From the NCBI GenBank assembly GCA_965277805.1, contig OZ255842.1:4864001-4928000 (forward strand): 64,000 nt of DNA. Reading direction: 5' to 3'. Made by a program: the position numbers and the translations under genes. Positions 46,863 through 57,404 of the stretch are shown in pieces. Each line of letters begins with the position of its first letter. The stretch's first letter is position 1. The DNA comes from Candidatus Lustribacter sp. GTDB lineage: Bacteria > Vulcanimicrobiota > Vulcanimicrobiia > Vulcanimicrobiales > Vulcanimicrobiaceae. The notes below the pieces were generated by a model. The model saw nothing but the letters and a program-made list of their open reading frames with translations, searched no databases and was not told where the DNA came from.

Positions 46863-47882
46863 TCACCAGCCGCCGCCGCCGTCACCACCGCCGCCGCCGA
46901 AGTCGCCTCCGCCGCCGCCGGTGTCACCCCAGCCGCCACCGCCGCCCGAATCGCCGCCCCAGCCGCCGGAGCTCGCGTTGCCCATGTCGGCTTGACCGGC
47001 GTCGCTCTGGAAGCCGCTCGCATCGCCGCCGCCGTACTGGCCGCCGTCGCCGCCGAAGCCGGCTTGCTGGCCGGGATTGATGATCTCGGTGCGGTTGCCG
47101 CCGAAGAGTTCGTTGCCGAGGAACGCGCCGCCGAGGCCGCCGAGCATACCGCTCCAGAAGCCGCCGCCGCCGCCGAAACCGCCGCCGCCGTAGCCGGGGC
47201 CGTAGCCCCCATAGCCGCCGCCCATCGGACCACCCATCGGGCCGCCGCCGTAACCCGGCGGATACATGCGCGGTCCCGCGATCGCGCGGAAGATGCCGCG
47301 CACCACGAAAAAGATCACGGCGAACGCGATCAGCCACATAATCCAACTCATGTTAAAGCCCCCTCCGGTTTGTGCCCGGTACGCCGGCGCCGGTTCGCTG
47401 TTGTACGTATGGACGGTACTGCGCAAGCTGCCGAGATGACTGCGGTATTGCGCTAACGTCAGGTCGACACCGTTGGTGACGCCGGCGTTGAAATCGCCGG
47501 AATTGAACGCGCTCGCGATCGCCTGCCGGATCGCCGACGTCGTGCCGGCGGGAAAGTAATGCGCCGCCGCACGGTCGGGCACGACCGCGATCGTCTTCGG
47601 CGACTTCGCGATGTAGATCAGCACGCCGTTGACCTGCTGCTGCGCGAACGTGCGCTCTTCGGCCGCCGCGGCGGTACCGGTGAACGACGGATCGACCACG
47701 ACGACGACTTCTTTGTGCGTTTGCGCGTTGAAATCGGCGACCTTCGTGTTGATCGCGCTGACGGTGGCCGGCGAGAGCAATTGCGCGTTGTCGATCACGT
47801 ACGAATCGCGCGCCTGTGCCGGCCCCAGGCCCGCCACGACGGCAACGACGAGAGCGGCGCTGGCCGCGAGCAGTTTCATCAA
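46863..47882 (-). CDS. TPM-domain protein with TM helix and Gly-rich tail
   Basis: VIDNAQLLS, F.SGDF..G; GGGDFGGGG...W terminus. Confidence 0.85.
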   Translation of the reverse strand: MMKLLAASAALVVAVVAGLGPAQARDSYVIDNAQLLSPATVSAINTKVADFNAQTHKEVVVVVDPSFTGTAAAAEERTFAQQQVNGVLIYIAKSPKTIAVVPDRAAAHYFPAGTTSAIRQAIASAFNSGDFNAGVTNGVDLTLAQYRSHLGSLRSTVHTYNSEPAPAYRAQTGGGFNMSWIMWLIAFAVIFFVVRGIFRAIAGPRMYPPGYGGGPMGGPMGGGYGGYGPGYGGGGFGGGGGFWSGMLGGLGGAFLGNELFGGNRTEIINPGQQAGFGGDGGQYGGGDASGFQSDAGQADMGNASSGGWGGDSGGGGGWGDTGGGGGDFGGGGGDGGGGW

Positions 47883-47931
47883 GATGTCCTCCGCACTAAG
47901 TACTCCCGCCGGGCGGGGAAGTTTCCGTCTG

Positions 47932-48069
47932 TTATTGGCCGGCGCTGAAGTTGACGAGCGCTACGCCGACGCTGGTGAGGATAAAGACCGCGAGCACGAC
48001 CCAGACGAATGCTCGCAGCAGGTTCTTGCGCAGGCGCGCGTTCTTGTGCTGGCGCTGGTGCTGGTTCAT
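47932..48069 (-). CDS. Small single-TM protein (45 aa)
   Basis: MNQHQRQHKNARLRKNLLRAFVWVVLAVFILTSVGVALV...; ATGA overlap with the rsfS stop. Confidence 0.7.
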   Translation of the reverse strand: MNQHQRQHKNARLRKNLLRAFVWVVLAVFILTSVGVALVNFSAGQ

Positions 48070-48407
48070 GATTCGGCAGCGCGAACTTCGCTGACCCGGC
48101 CCCAGAGCCGCTCGAGGTTATAGAAGGCGCGCTGCTCGGGCGTGAACACGTGCGCCACGATCGGGCCGAGGTCGATCAGGATCCAGCCGCCGTCGTGATA
48201 GCCCTCGGTACGCGCAACGTTGAACCCGTTCTCGCGCGCGGCTTCGGTGATCGCATCGGCGATGGAGCGCGTCTGAATTTTCGAGCGTCCGGTAACGACT
48301 ACGAACGCGTCGGCGACGATGGTCCGGCCCTCGAGATCGAGGACGGCGATGTCTTCGCCCTTCTTGTCTTCGGCTGCGGCACGGACGATATCGACGAGTT
48401 CAGGCAG
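48066..48407 (-). CDS. rsfS: Ribosome silencing factor RsfS (missing from ORF track; probable CTG start)
   Basis: Translates to AAEDKKGEDIAVLDL...DAFVVVTGRS..Q...IAD...EG...GWILIDLG..VAHVF...R.FYNLERLW. Confidence 0.93.
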   Translation of the reverse strand: MPELVDIVRAAAEDKKGEDIAVLDLEGRTIVADAFVVVTGRSKIQTRSIADAITEAARENGFNVARTEGYHDGGWILIDLGPIVAHVFTPEQRAFYNLERLWGRVSEVRAAES

Positions 48408-49002
48408 AGCGTTTCTCCCGGAAATGAATGGGTGCGTAATGTTCGAGGGCGGCCAGCGTTTGCGGCGCCGGCGTTAGATTGCGTTCGCGGTGGTAGTTGA
48501 GCGATTCGTTGAGGTGGGCAGCCATGGCTGCGGGCAGGTCGTCGAACGCCAGCGCCAGCATTTCGGCCCGTCCCGCGTACTCCCGGCCGGGTTCGAGCCC
48601 ATCGGCAAGATAGAGAATCTCATCGAGCGGGCTCATCGTTGCAGCGGCCAAGGTGTGCTTGCGGATGGCGGAGAGAATGGCCTCGTCCTCCACCCCGAAC
48701 CAGTCGCGGGCAAGCTCGGCTCCGAGCGGCGCGTGCAGCACGATCGGGTTTGTGCGCTCGAACTCACCGATCGGCATGCCGCGCTCTTCGCATTCCCGCA
48801 ACAAGCGCTCGCCGGGGTAGAGCCGGGCTAGATCGTGCAACAGACCGGCGATCCGGGCGCCCTGCGGATCGGCACCGTGTTTACGCGCCAGCGCTCCGGC
48901 CGTGCGCGCGACGCGCAAGATGTGCGCGTAACGATGCCGTTGCGCGATGTGTTCGCGCACGCGCCGCGCCGCTGCCACGAATTCGACACCCGATGCGATC
49001 AA
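48400..49002 (-). CDS. yqeK: HD-domain Ap4A hydrolase YqeK
   Basis: RYAHILRV, AGLLHDLAR, LHAPLGA, AIRKHT, YLAD.LEPGR; adjacent to rsfS. Confidence 0.9.
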   Translation of the reverse strand: MIASGVEFVAAARRVREHIAQRHRYAHILRVARTAGALARKHGADPQGARIAGLLHDLARLYPGERLLRECEERGMPIGEFERTNPIVLHAPLGAELARDWFGVEDEAILSAIRKHTLAAATMSPLDEILYLADGLEPGREYAGRAEMLALAFDDLPAAMAAHLNESLNYHRERNLTPAPQTLAALEHYAPIHFREKRSA

Positions 49003-49721
49003 TGCCTCACCTGTAAGAACACCGCGCCCGAAACGGGCCGGCTGTCCATCCTGGCCGCGCGAAACTTCGCGTCGCCGAGACGCGCCTGCGTCGATGCATC
49101 GAATGCGGTGTCGTGGCTCGCCACCACGATGGTCACCTTGCGCGTGATCCCGCCGGCGTCGACGTCGATCCGGAAGATCGTCGTTTGCGGTCCCGTGCTC
49201 CCCGCTTTGATCCAGTCGTCGAGCGGCACCGGCGGTTCGTAAACGATCGGTGCGTCGCCGAGTGCCGCGGCTAACAGGCCGGATTGCACGAGCGATGCGC
49301 GCTCGCCGATGAAGGCCGTGCTTAGAACGTGATCGGTCTTGGATGCAGCGAGCACGATGTCGTCGTGAGGCGTGCTGCGAAAAGCGGCGCCGTAGTCGAC
49401 CGTCACGTCGGCATCGCCGGCCAGCGCGCTCTGCACGTCGGCCAATGTCGTGCGGCCGAGGGTGATCGCCCGCCCGCCGCTTTGGAACGGCAGCGTCAAG
49501 CTCCAGTCCGCGGGCTCCGATTCGTTGGGCGGCAACATGAAAAATCGCAAGACGCGAGTGCGCATTTGATCGGCGTCGAAAAACACCGCAGTGCCGCGCG
49601 GCCCGTCGAAGTAAAAAAGTGCGTTTTCCGTTTGGATCGCGCCCACTCCGAGCGGTGCTCCGCAGCGTTCCACGATCGCGGCAATCGGCTTGCCGAGATC
49701 CGCGGGCGTAACGCAGCTCAT
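48999..49721 (-). CDS. Hypothetical protein with TonB C-terminal-like domain
   Basis: C-terminal VDAGG....V.IV.AS....FD.......F.AAR.D.RPV. Confidence 0.6.
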   Translation of the reverse strand: MSCVTPADLGKPIAAIVERCGAPLGVGAIQTENALFYFDGPRGTAVFFDADQMRTRVLRFFMLPPNESEPADWSLTLPFQSGGRAITLGRTTLADVQSALAGDADVTVDYGAAFRSTPHDDIVLAASKTDHVLSTAFIGERASLVQSGLLAAALGDAPIVYEPPVPLDDWIKAGSTGPQTTIFRIDVDAGGITRKVTIVVASHDTAFDASTQARLGDAKFRAARMDSRPVSGAVFLQVRH

Positions 49722-50251
49722 CGCAATGCGGCCTTCAGTGCCGCAAGGCGGTTGGCGTAGAGCGTGCCGCGCAGGTTGCCGGCCCACATCACGAGCGCGC
49801 TCTCGTTGTTATCGCTGTAGTAGCCGCGGCGCGTCGACACGACGGTGAAACCGTATTTGCGGTAGAGCTTCTGCGCGACGTCGTTGCTCTCGCGCACTTC
49901 GAGCGTGATCCACGATGCGGCACGTTCGATCGCTTCATCGAGCAAGTGCACGAGCAACTCTTCACCCAGTCGCTGGCCGCGCACATCGGGATGCACGGCG
50001 ATCGTCGTGACGTGCGAATCTTCGAGGATCACCCAGATGCCGCCGTATGCCACGATCCGGCCGTCGAGCCGGCCGACGAAATAATAGGCGAGTTTGTTGT
50101 CGCGCAGTTCGTTGAGGAAGGCATTCGCCGGCCACGTCGATTGAAACGACAGCGCTTCGATGGCCAGCACGGCGGGGATGTCGTCCAGCACCATCGGCGA
50201 GATCTCGAGTTTCCGCGGCGATTCCGATGTAGCGCGAAGATCCGCTTTCAC
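49718..50251 (-). CDS. rimI: Ribosomal-protein-alanine N-acetyltransferase
   Basis: HVTTIAVHP..RG..LG, TLEVRESN..AQ.LY.KYGF...R.GYY. Confidence 0.93.
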   Translation of the reverse strand: MKADLRATSESPRKLEISPMVLDDIPAVLAIEALSFQSTWPANAFLNELRDNKLAYYFVGRLDGRIVAYGGIWVILEDSHVTTIAVHPDVRGQRLGEELLVHLLDEAIERAASWITLEVRESNDVAQKLYRKYGFTVVSTRRGYYSDNNESALVMWAGNLRGTLYANRLAALKAALR

Positions 50252-50898
50252 GCAAGCTCTCGTTGGACGACCGCGGGCAGCTCGCCGTAGTCGGGGGCGA
50301 CGGCGTGCACGGACGAACCGGGGACGGCGATGAGGCCCAAGCGCGCGACGGCCCGGGCCGGGCTTTCAGCACGTTGGGGGAGCGTTCGCACGACGATGCC
50401 GCGTTCCGCAATCGCGAAAGACACGTCCTGTATATTCCCCGCCAACGCGAGTTCGCCGCTTCCGAAATCGTCGAGCAGCGTGGCCAGTACGTTGGCTATC
50501 GGGCCCGCAGCGGCGCGCACCTCGCCGCCCCGGCGCAAGCGGGCCGAGATGACCCCCGGCCGGCCATACACGGCGGTCAGGACCGGGTCGGACGCGTCCT
50601 CGGGTGTGAGCACATCGTAGGACGAGATCCCGGCCAGCGGCAGCCGCGCCGCCAGCGCCAGCGCTTTGGCGTATGAGACGGCGATTCGCACCCCGGTAAA
50701 GGAGCCCGGCCCGATCCCGACGGCCACCCGATCCAGCTCGGCGAGGGTCAGGCCGCGCGCGGCCAGCACCCCGGCGATGCGGCCGAGCCCCGCTTCGAGG
50801 GCATCGGGCCGGCTGGAGGCGTCCTCGCTGACGGCGTCGCCGTCGATGACCGCCGCCGAAAAGCCGCCCAGCGCACCGTCGATCCCCAAAATTCGCAC
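50248..50898 (-). CDS. tsaB: tRNA threonylcarbamoyladenosine biosynthesis protein TsaB
   Basis: RILGID, GPGSFTGVRI. Confidence 0.92.
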   Translation of the reverse strand: MRILGIDGALGGFSAAVIDGDAVSEDASSRPDALEAGLGRIAGVLAARGLTLAELDRVAVGIGPGSFTGVRIAVSYAKALALAARLPLAGISSYDVLTPEDASDPVLTAVYGRPGVISARLRRGGEVRAAAGPIANVLATLLDDFGSGELALAGNIQDVSFAIAERGIVVRTLPQRAESPARAVARLGLIAVPGSSVHAVAPDYGELPAVVQRELA

Positions 50899-51320
50899 TA
50901 GCGGTCGATCACGAGGCGTCGCGGGGCGTCGCCGGCGCCGTCGATGCGGATGCGGATCGCACCGGGCGGCAGCAGGTCCGGAAGCCGCTCCGGCCACTCG
51001 ACGATCGTGATCCGGTCGGGCCCGAAGGCCTCCTCGAGACCCAGTTCTAGCGCGTCGGCCGGATCGTCGAGACGGAAGAGGTCGAGATGCTCGATCGGGG
51101 GCGTTCCATCGTAGCGCTGACGGAAGACGAAAGTTGGGCTCGAGACGGGTACATCGCTGCCATGGAGCGCGCAAACGAGAGCCCGGACAAAGGTCGTCTT
51201 GCCCGCCCCGAGTTCGCCCGACAGCCCGAGCGCATCGCCCGCGTGCAAGGTCAAGGCGAGCCTGACGGCAGCGGCGCCGAGGGCATTTTGGTCGAGAAAA
51301 TCGAGGACGTCCGAGGCCAC
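50898..51320 (-). CDS. tsaE: tRNA threonylcarbamoyladenosine biosynthesis ATPase TsaE
   Basis: GELGAGKTT, VSSPTF, HLDLFRL, VEWPE. Confidence 0.95.
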   Translation of the reverse strand: MASDVLDFLDQNALGAAAVRLALTLHAGDALGLSGELGAGKTTFVRALVCALHGSDVPVSSPTFVFRQRYDGTPPIEHLDLFRLDDPADALELGLEEAFGPDRITIVEWPERLPDLLPPGAIRIRIDGAGDAPRRLVIDR

Positions 51321-51347
51321 GCTTTGCCATTCGACGAAAGAATCAAG

Positions 51348-51581
51348 GTGCTTGTGCGCGCTTCAGACGTCATCGTTGGCGTCATCGCGGGCGCCGTCTG
51401 CGCCGTCCTTTCGGCAGCATTTGAAGGCGGCATCCTGGCCTTCCGGTTCTTCTCGATCGATCATCTTGGCGGCCACTTCGGCGGCGAATTTGCGGTCTTT
51501 GCATTGGCGGGCGCCGCCATCGGCGGACTCGTTGCGCTGGGTGCCGGAACGTTGTTCCGCCGCGAGCATGTGACGCCGTGA
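51348..51581 (+). CDS. Small two-TM membrane protein
   Basis: Two Gly/Ala-rich hydrophobic helices. Confidence 0.6.
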   Translation: MLVRASDVIVGVIAGAVCAVLSAAFEGGILAFRFFSIDHLGGHFGGEFAVFALAGAAIGGLVALGAGTLFRREHVTP

Positions 51582-51877
51582 ACGATCATCAAAACGCGCT
51601 CCAGCAGCAGCTCGACGCTGCGCTCGCGGCCGTCGGCCAAGCTGCCGACGAATCGCGCGCCGTCATCGACGGCGACATCCAAGCGCTGCACGAACTCGGT
51701 TCGAGCAACGGCCGTCCGCCGCTGATCGCCGACGTTCCGTTCGACGAGCCGCCGCCGTACATTCCGCCGCCGGTCGCACCGTCCGTGCACGCTCTGATTC
51801 CGGATACGCCGCTGGTGGAATCGCCGGGAATCGCAGCGGCATTTGTGGATGACGACGCGCCGCTCTGGCAGAGCTGA
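51578..51877 (+). CDS. Hypothetical acidic/Pro-rich protein
   Basis: GTGA-coupled; host-like codon usage. Confidence 0.55.
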   Translation: MNDHQNALQQQLDAALAAVGQAADESRAVIDGDIQALHELGSSNGRPPLIADVPFDEPPPYIPPPVAPSVHALIPDTPLVESPGIAAAFVDDDAPLWQS

Positions 51878-51916
51878 GTTCTTTTTTTATTTGTCCCTTA
51901 ACCGAGAGAGCATCGT

Positions 51917-54439
51917 CTGAGTAACACGAACGAACCCCGTAGAAACACGACCATCGCCGTCGAAGACGAGATGCGCACGAGCTACCTCGCCTATGCGATG
52001 TCGGTCATCGCGTCGCGCGCGCTGCCGGATGTGCGCGACGGACTCAAACCCGTACAGCGCCGCATCCTGTATGCGATGCGCGAAATGGGGATGACGCCCG
52101 ACAAGCAGCATCGCAAGAGCGCCGGTGTCATCGGCGAGGTGCTCAAGAGCTATCATCCGCACGGCGACTCGTCGGTGTACGACGCGTTGGTCCGTATGGC
52201 GCAAGACTTTTCGCTGCGCTATCCGTTGATCGACGGTCATGGAAACTTCGGTTCGATCGATCCCAATCCGCCGGCCGCCTACCGGTATACCGAAGCGCGT
52301 CTCGGCCGCCCGTCGATGGATCTGTTGGCCGACATCGACAAAGACACGGTCGATTTCATTCCCAACTTCGACGGCCAAACCGAAGAGCCGGTGGTCTTGC
52401 CGGGCCGCTTGCCGCAATTGCTCGTCAACGGTTCGAGCGGTATTGCGGTCGGTATGGCGACCAACATTCCGCCGCACAATATCAGCGAAATTTGCGACGC
52501 GGTCATCAAACTCGTCGACGAGCCGGATGCCGACGACGACGCGATCATCGACATCGTCAAGGGACCGGATTTTCCGACCGGCGGGGTACTGCTCGGCAAA
52601 GAAGCGATCCGCCAAGCCTATAAGACCGGCCGCGGCTCGGTCGCCGTGCGCGGGCGCGCCGAGATCGTCGAGGAGAAGGGCAAGTACCGCATCGAGATCA
52701 CGGAGCTGCCGTATCAGATCACGATCGAACGCGTCATGCAGTCGATCAAAGAAGCGTATCAAGAGAAGCGCATCACCGGCATCTCCGATCTCAACGATCT
52801 TTCCAACCGCCACGGCATGAAGATCGTGGTCGATCTGCAGCGCACCGCCGTTCCGAACGTGGTGCTCAACCAGCTCTACAAACAGACCCCGTTGCAATCG
52901 TCGTTCGCCTTCAACATGCTCGCGCTCGTCCCGGTGCTCAACCGCGACGGCTCGCTCTCGACCGACGGCAACCCGCTCGAACCGCAAGTGCTCTCGCTGC
53001 GCGAGATGCTCAACCATTTCATCGCGCATCGCAAGGTCGTCGTCACCCGGCGCACCCGTTACGATCTGCGCAAGGCCGAAGAGCGCGCCCATCTGCTCGA
53101 GGGCTTCCGGATCGCGCTCGACCACATCGACGAAGTCATCAAGATCGTGCGCGACAGCGACACGGTCGAGACGGCCCGCCGTAGCCTGAGCGAGCGTTTC
53201 GAACTCTCCGAGATCCAGGCCGCCGCCATCGTAGACATGCGCCTGCGCACGCTCGTCGGCCTCGAGCGCCAGAAGATCGAAGACGAGTATGCCGCGCTGC
53301 TCAAGACGATCGCCGAGCTGCAAGACATTCTCGCCAGCGAACGCCGCCTGCTCGGCGTCGTGCGTACCGAGACCGAGGACCTGAAGAAGCGCCTCGGCGA
53401 CGAACGCAAAACGCCGGTCGAAGCGCTCGAGGGCGAGCTCTCGATCGAAGACATCATCGAAGATACCGAAGTCGTCATCACCGTCACGGTCGGCGGCTAC
53501 ATCAAGCGCGTTTCGGTCGACACGTTCCGCGCGCAGAATCGCGGCGGCCGCGGCGTCATCGGCATCGCGAACCTGAAAAAAGAAGACGTCGTCCAGAACT
53601 TCTTCGTGGCGACGACGCACCAGCACGTCCTGTTCTTCACGAACAAGGGCCGGGCGTTCCGGCTGCGGGCCTACGAGATTCCGGATTCCACGCGGCAATC
53701 GCGCGGTACGGCGCTCGTCAACCTGCTGACGCTCCCGCCGGGCGAGAACGTGACCGCCAACTTCCCGGTGCGCAACTTCGAGACCGACGAATACCTCGTC
53801 ATGGTCACGAAGAAGGGCGTCATCAAAAAGACGAAACTCGATGAGTTCGCCAACGTGCGGCGCAACGGTTTGATCGCGATCGGACTCGACGACGACGACG
53901 AACTGCTCGGCGTGGCGCTCTCCACCGGCGATCGCGACATCATCCTCGCGACGCACGACGGTATGGCGGTGCACTTCAACGAGAAGGGCGTGCGTCCGAT
54001 GGGCCGGCCGGCCCGCGGCGTGCGCGCGATGTCGCTCGCGCCGGGCGACACCGTCGTCGCGATGGACATCGTGGTTGACGATCAGCGCCGCGAAGTGCTG
54101 ATCGTTACCTCGCAGGCCTTCGGCAAGCGCACCGACATCGATCAGTACCGCCACACCTCACGCGGCGGTAAGGGCGTCAAGGCGTTCGCCAAGGAGAAAG
54201 AGATCGGCTACGTGGTCGATCAGATCTTGGTATCGCCCGATGACGAACTGCTCATGATCACCTCGGGCAATCAGGTCATCCGCATCCCCGTCAGCCAGAT
54301 CCGCCGCGCCGGGCGCTCGACCAAGGGCGTTCGTCTCCAGCGGCTGGCCGAAGGCGACGAAGTGATCGCGATTGCGAACCTCGGTCAGCAGTCCAAACGG
54401 GTCAGTGATATCACGGGCGAGACGGTCGAGCCATCGTAA
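51917..54439 (+). CDS. gyrA: DNA gyrase subunit A
   Basis: [25 protein letters not shown], GyrA-box QNRGGRG, C-terminal pinwheel repeats; start probably CTG 51917 (first ATG 51971). Confidence 0.97.
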   Translation: MSNTNEPRRNTTIAVEDEMRTSYLAYAMSVIASRALPDVRDGLKPVQRRILYAMREMGMTPDKQHRKSAGVIGEVLKSYHPHGDSSVYDALVRMAQDFSLRYPLIDGHGNFGSIDPNPPAAYRYTEARLGRPSMDLLADIDKDTVDFIPNFDGQTEEPVVLPGRLPQLLVNGSSGIAVGMATNIPPHNISEICDAVIKLVDEPDADDDAIIDIVKGPDFPTGGVLLGKEAIRQAYKTGRGSVAVRGRAEIVEEKGKYRIEITELPYQITIERVMQSIKEAYQEKRITGISDLNDLSNRHGMKIVVDLQRTAVPNVVLNQLYKQTPLQSSFAFNMLALVPVLNRDGSLSTDGNPLEPQVLSLREMLNHFIAHRKVVVTRRTRYDLRKAEERAHLLEGFRIALDHIDEVIKIVRDSDTVETARRSLSERFELSEIQAAAIVDMRLRTLVGLERQKIEDEYAALLKTIAELQDILASERRLLGVVRTETEDLKKRLGDERKTPVEALEGELSIEDIIEDTEVVITVTVGGYIKRVSVDTFRAQNRGGRGVIGIANLKKEDVVQNFFVATTHQHVLFFTNKGRAFRLRAYEIPDSTRQSRGTALVNLLTLPPGENVTANFPVRNFETDEYLVMVTKKGVIKKTKLDEFANVRRNGLIAIGLDDDDELLGVALSTGDRDIILATHDGMAVHFNEKGVRPMGRPARGVRAMSLAPGDTVVAMDIVVDDQRREVLIVTSQAFGKRTDIDQYRHTSRGGKGVKAFAKEKEIGYVVDQILVSPDDELLMITSGNQVIRIPVSQIRRAGRSTKGVRLQRLAEGDEVIAIANLGQQSKRVSDITGETVEPS

Positions 54440-56981
54440 TCCAGCGCCCCAAGGTCCTGGTGAGGGCCTTGGGGTCGACGGGTTTGGTGAGGTGGTCGTT
54501 CATGCCCGCCTCGAGACACAACTGACGTTCCGTTTCCATTGCGTGCGCGGTCATCGCGATGATCGGAAGCTGCGTTGCGTCGACGTGATTGCGGATCAAA
54601 CGGGTCGCTTCGAGGCCGTCCATCTCCGGCATTTGCACGTCCATGAGCACGGCGTCGAAGCGCGAATGGTCCTTGAGCACGGCATCGAGCGCTTCGCGCC
54701 CGTTCGCCGCGAACTCAACCGTAACGCCGAGCCGGGCCAGAAGATGTTCCACAATCTGCTGGTTGATCGCGTTGTCTTCGGCGACCAGGACGCGGCTGCC
54801 CGATAGATCGCTCGTCCCGGTGTCGGCCGGCGGGGCTTCGCGCGAGCCGACGTGCGTGACGAACAGCGACTGAATCGTCTCGAGCAGGAGCGACGGATCG
54901 ACCGGCTTGACGAGAAATCCCTCGATTCCGGCGCGCTTCGCCGCATCGAAGAGATCGGTGCGCCCGAAGGCGCTCACCATGATGACGATTGGGGGTTTTT
55001 CGGCGCCGGCGTCGGCGCGTATCGTCTGTGCGACCTCGACGCCGTTCTGGCCCGGCATCTTCCAATCCATCAGCACGAGGTCGAACGGCGCTTTGGCCGA
55101 CCGCGCTTCGTTGATCGCGGCGAGCGCGGCGGTGCCCGAACGTGCTTCGGTCACGGCGAGCGACCACGAGCGCAACATCGCCGCGAGCGCATCGCGCGCG
55201 ATTGGATCGTCGTCGACTACCAGCACGCGCCGGTCGCGCAGCGATTCGACGGGCCGCGGTGCGGCGCGCCGGTCGGGGCGGTGCAAGACCGCCGTAAAGG
55301 TGAAGGTACTGCCCTCGCCGCGCGTGCTTTCGACCGTGATCGTGCCGCCCATCTTGTGTGTGAGCGCTTTGCTGATCGCGAGGCCGAGACCGGTTCCCCC
55401 GAAGCGGCGCGTGATCGACGTGTCGGCTTGCGAGAACGACTCGAAGAGATGCGATTGCTCCGCGTCCGTCATGCCTATGCCGGTATCGCGGACCGACGTG
55501 ATCAGCTCGACGTCGCGCTGACCCTGACGCTTCACACCGATGTTCACGACGACTTCGCCGTGTTCGGTGAACTTGATCGCGTTGGTCGTGAGGTTCAGCA
55601 GAATTTGGCCGAAGCGCACCGGATCGCCGATCAGTGCCGTCGGGACGTTCGGGTCGACGTTCACCTCGAATTTGAGGTCCTTGTCGGCGGCCCGCATCGA
55701 GGAGACGCTGCCGATGTTATCGAGTACCGAACCGAGATCGAACGTGACGTCTTCCAGCTCGAGTTTGCCGGCTTCGATCTTCGAGAAATCGAGGATATCG
55801 TTGATGATGTTGAGCAGCGATTTTGCCGAGTATTCGATCTTGGTCAGGTAGTCGCGCTGTTTGGCGGTCAGGTCGGTCATCAGCGCGAGGTTGGTGAGCC
55901 CGATGACGCCGTTCATCGGCGTGCGGATCTCATGGCTCATGTTGGCCAAGAACTCGCTCTTGGCGTGGTTCGCGGTTTGCGCTTCCAGCGTTGCCGCGAT
56001 CGCTTCTTCTTTGGCCGCAGCCTCGAGCTCGCGATGTTTGTGCAGTTCTTTGCGAACCGCGAGCTGTTGCAACCAGGCAACGAGCACGATGAGGATGACG
56101 AGCGTCGCACCGATGGCGCGGACGATCGTGGTGAAGCGAAGTCCTTGCGACTGGGCGAGAATATCGGGTTCTGCCAAGCCCGTGCTGACGGCGAGCGGAT
56201 ACCCCGGAACGAGCTGGTAGCTGTAGAGCCGCATGTAACCGTCGATCGCGCTGACGTGCGAGTACGACCCGCGGGGCGCCTTTGCGAGGCTGCTCCACAG
56301 CGGAGAGATTGCGGGAAGCACCGGACGCAGCGGCCCCGAGACGCCTTTGGCGTTCACCCGAACGAGCACGTGGCGGTCGAGCGTGTCGACCAGCTCGACG
56401 TAGCCGCGCGGACCCAGAGCGTTCGCGTCGATCCCGAAGCCGAATCGGGAAATGTCGATCACGGCGCTGACCACCCCGATCAGCTGACCGTTGCGGCCGC
56501 GCACGCTGCGCGCGAACGGGATCACGATGCGCTTGGTGGTGCGCCCGGCGATGGGCGAGCCGATCGAGAGCGCGTTCGTCTTGAGGGCAGCCCGGAAGTA
56601 GGTGCGGTCGCCGAGGGAAATCGGGCGCTGTCCGATCGTACCGATGGCGATCCCGTTCCCGTGCGTATCGGAGATCGCGAGGTTGCCGAGGACGCCGATG
56701 TAGAGGCTGGTGCGCGCGACCATCGACCGGGTCTTGGCGGGCCCGTTGTCGGCGTCGTACTCGGCGACGAAGCGGAGGACGCTGTCGACGAGCTTGACCG
56801 TCGATGCGACGTCATTCGCGTACGACGTCGAGACTTCGGTCACGTTCGCGAGCGCTTGGGCCCGCGCGCGGTCGCTGAGCGCGGAGAGCTCGTTGTGAGC
56901 GACGATCCACGCCACCATGATTAAAGCGGCGGCGGCAAGAATCGGCCCCCACTGGTCGGCAGTCGAGAGCGGTCTACGCAA
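54411..56981 (-). CDS. Hybrid sensor histidine kinase (Cache-like sensor, HisKA, HATPase, two REC domains)
   Basis: [33 protein letters not shown], two MD..MP receiver motifs. Confidence 0.95.
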   Translation of the reverse strand: MRRPLSTADQWGPILAAAALIMVAWIVAHNELSALSDRARAQALANVTEVSTSYANDVASTVKLVDSVLRFVAEYDADNGPAKTRSMVARTSLYIGVLGNLAISDTHGNGIAIGTIGQRPISLGDRTYFRAALKTNALSIGSPIAGRTTKRIVIPFARSVRGRNGQLIGVVSAVIDISRFGFGIDANALGPRGYVELVDTLDRHVLVRVNAKGVSGPLRPVLPAISPLWSSLAKAPRGSYSHVSAIDGYMRLYSYQLVPGYPLAVSTGLAEPDILAQSQGLRFTTIVRAIGATLVILIVLVAWLQQLAVRKELHKHRELEAAAKEEAIAATLEAQTANHAKSEFLANMSHEIRTPMNGVIGLTNLALMTDLTAKQRDYLTKIEYSAKSLLNIINDILDFSKIEAGKLELEDVTFDLGSVLDNIGSVSSMRAADKDLKFEVNVDPNVPTALIGDPVRFGQILLNLTTNAIKFTEHGEVVVNIGVKRQGQRDVELITSVRDTGIGMTDAEQSHLFESFSQADTSITRRFGGTGLGLAISKALTHKMGGTITVESTRGEGSTFTFTAVLHRPDRRAAPRPVESLRDRRVLVVDDDPIARDALAAMLRSWSLAVTEARSGTAALAAINEARSAKAPFDLVLMDWKMPGQNGVEVAQTIRADAGAEKPPIVIMVSAFGRTDLFDAAKRAGIEGFLVKPVDPSLLLETIQSLFVTHVGSREAPPADTGTSDLSGSRVLVAEDNAINQQIVEHLLARLGVTVEFAANGREALDAVLKDHSRFDAVLMDVQMPEMDGLEATRLIRNHVDATQLPIIAMTAHAMETERQLCLEAGMNDHLTKPVDPKALTRTLGRWITMARPSRP

Positions 56982-57071
56982 CTAGCGAGCCTCCACTTGG
57001 AGCGCGTTCTCGGTGCGGTGGGCGACCCCCCTCGAAACCGCACCCTCCCGGGAAGGGTCTAAGGGGATACT

Positions 57072-57404
57072 ATGAGCGCAATTCCCGAGGTTTCCCAAAG
57101 CACGTTCCAGGCCGACGTCCTGGCTTCCGAACAGCCGGTTCTCGTCGATTTTTGGGCACCGTGGTGCGGGCCGTGCAAAATGCTGGCCCCCGTCATCGAG
57201 GAAGTCGCCGGATCACTTGCCGGTAAGGCAAGCTTCGTGAAGCTCAACACCGATGAAAACCCGAACATCGCCGCGCAGTACGGCATCTCGGGCATCCCGA
57301 CGCTGATCCTCTTCAAGGGCGGCGAGGTCGTCGATCGCATCGTCGGCTTCGTTCCGAAGTCCGCGATCACGTCGATGATTTCCAAGCATCTCGTCACCGC
57401 CTAA
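57072..57404 (+). CDS. trxA: Thioredoxin
   Basis: DFWAPWCGPCK, GIPTL. Confidence 0.97.
   Translation: MSAIPEVSQSTFQADVLASEQPVLVDFWAPWCGPCKMLAPVIEEVAGSLAGKASFVKLNTDENPNIAAQYGISGIPTLILFKGGEVVDRIVGFVPKSAITSMISKHLVTA

Noticed and set aside
46863-47260. GCC/CCG-rich tandem repeats
   Set aside because: Explained by the Gly-rich tail of the TPM-domain protein; not a CRISPR array or DNA-level repeat.
52150-52190. Quinolone-resistance change in gyrA
   Set aside because: The QRDR reads HGDSSVYD, with the usual Ser and Asp residues.
51887-54154. 755-aa minus-strand ORF, and similar long ORFs such as 54852..56924, 32528..34279 and 44329..45642
   Set aside because: Antisense shadows of well-supported genes, expected from high GC3 codon bias.
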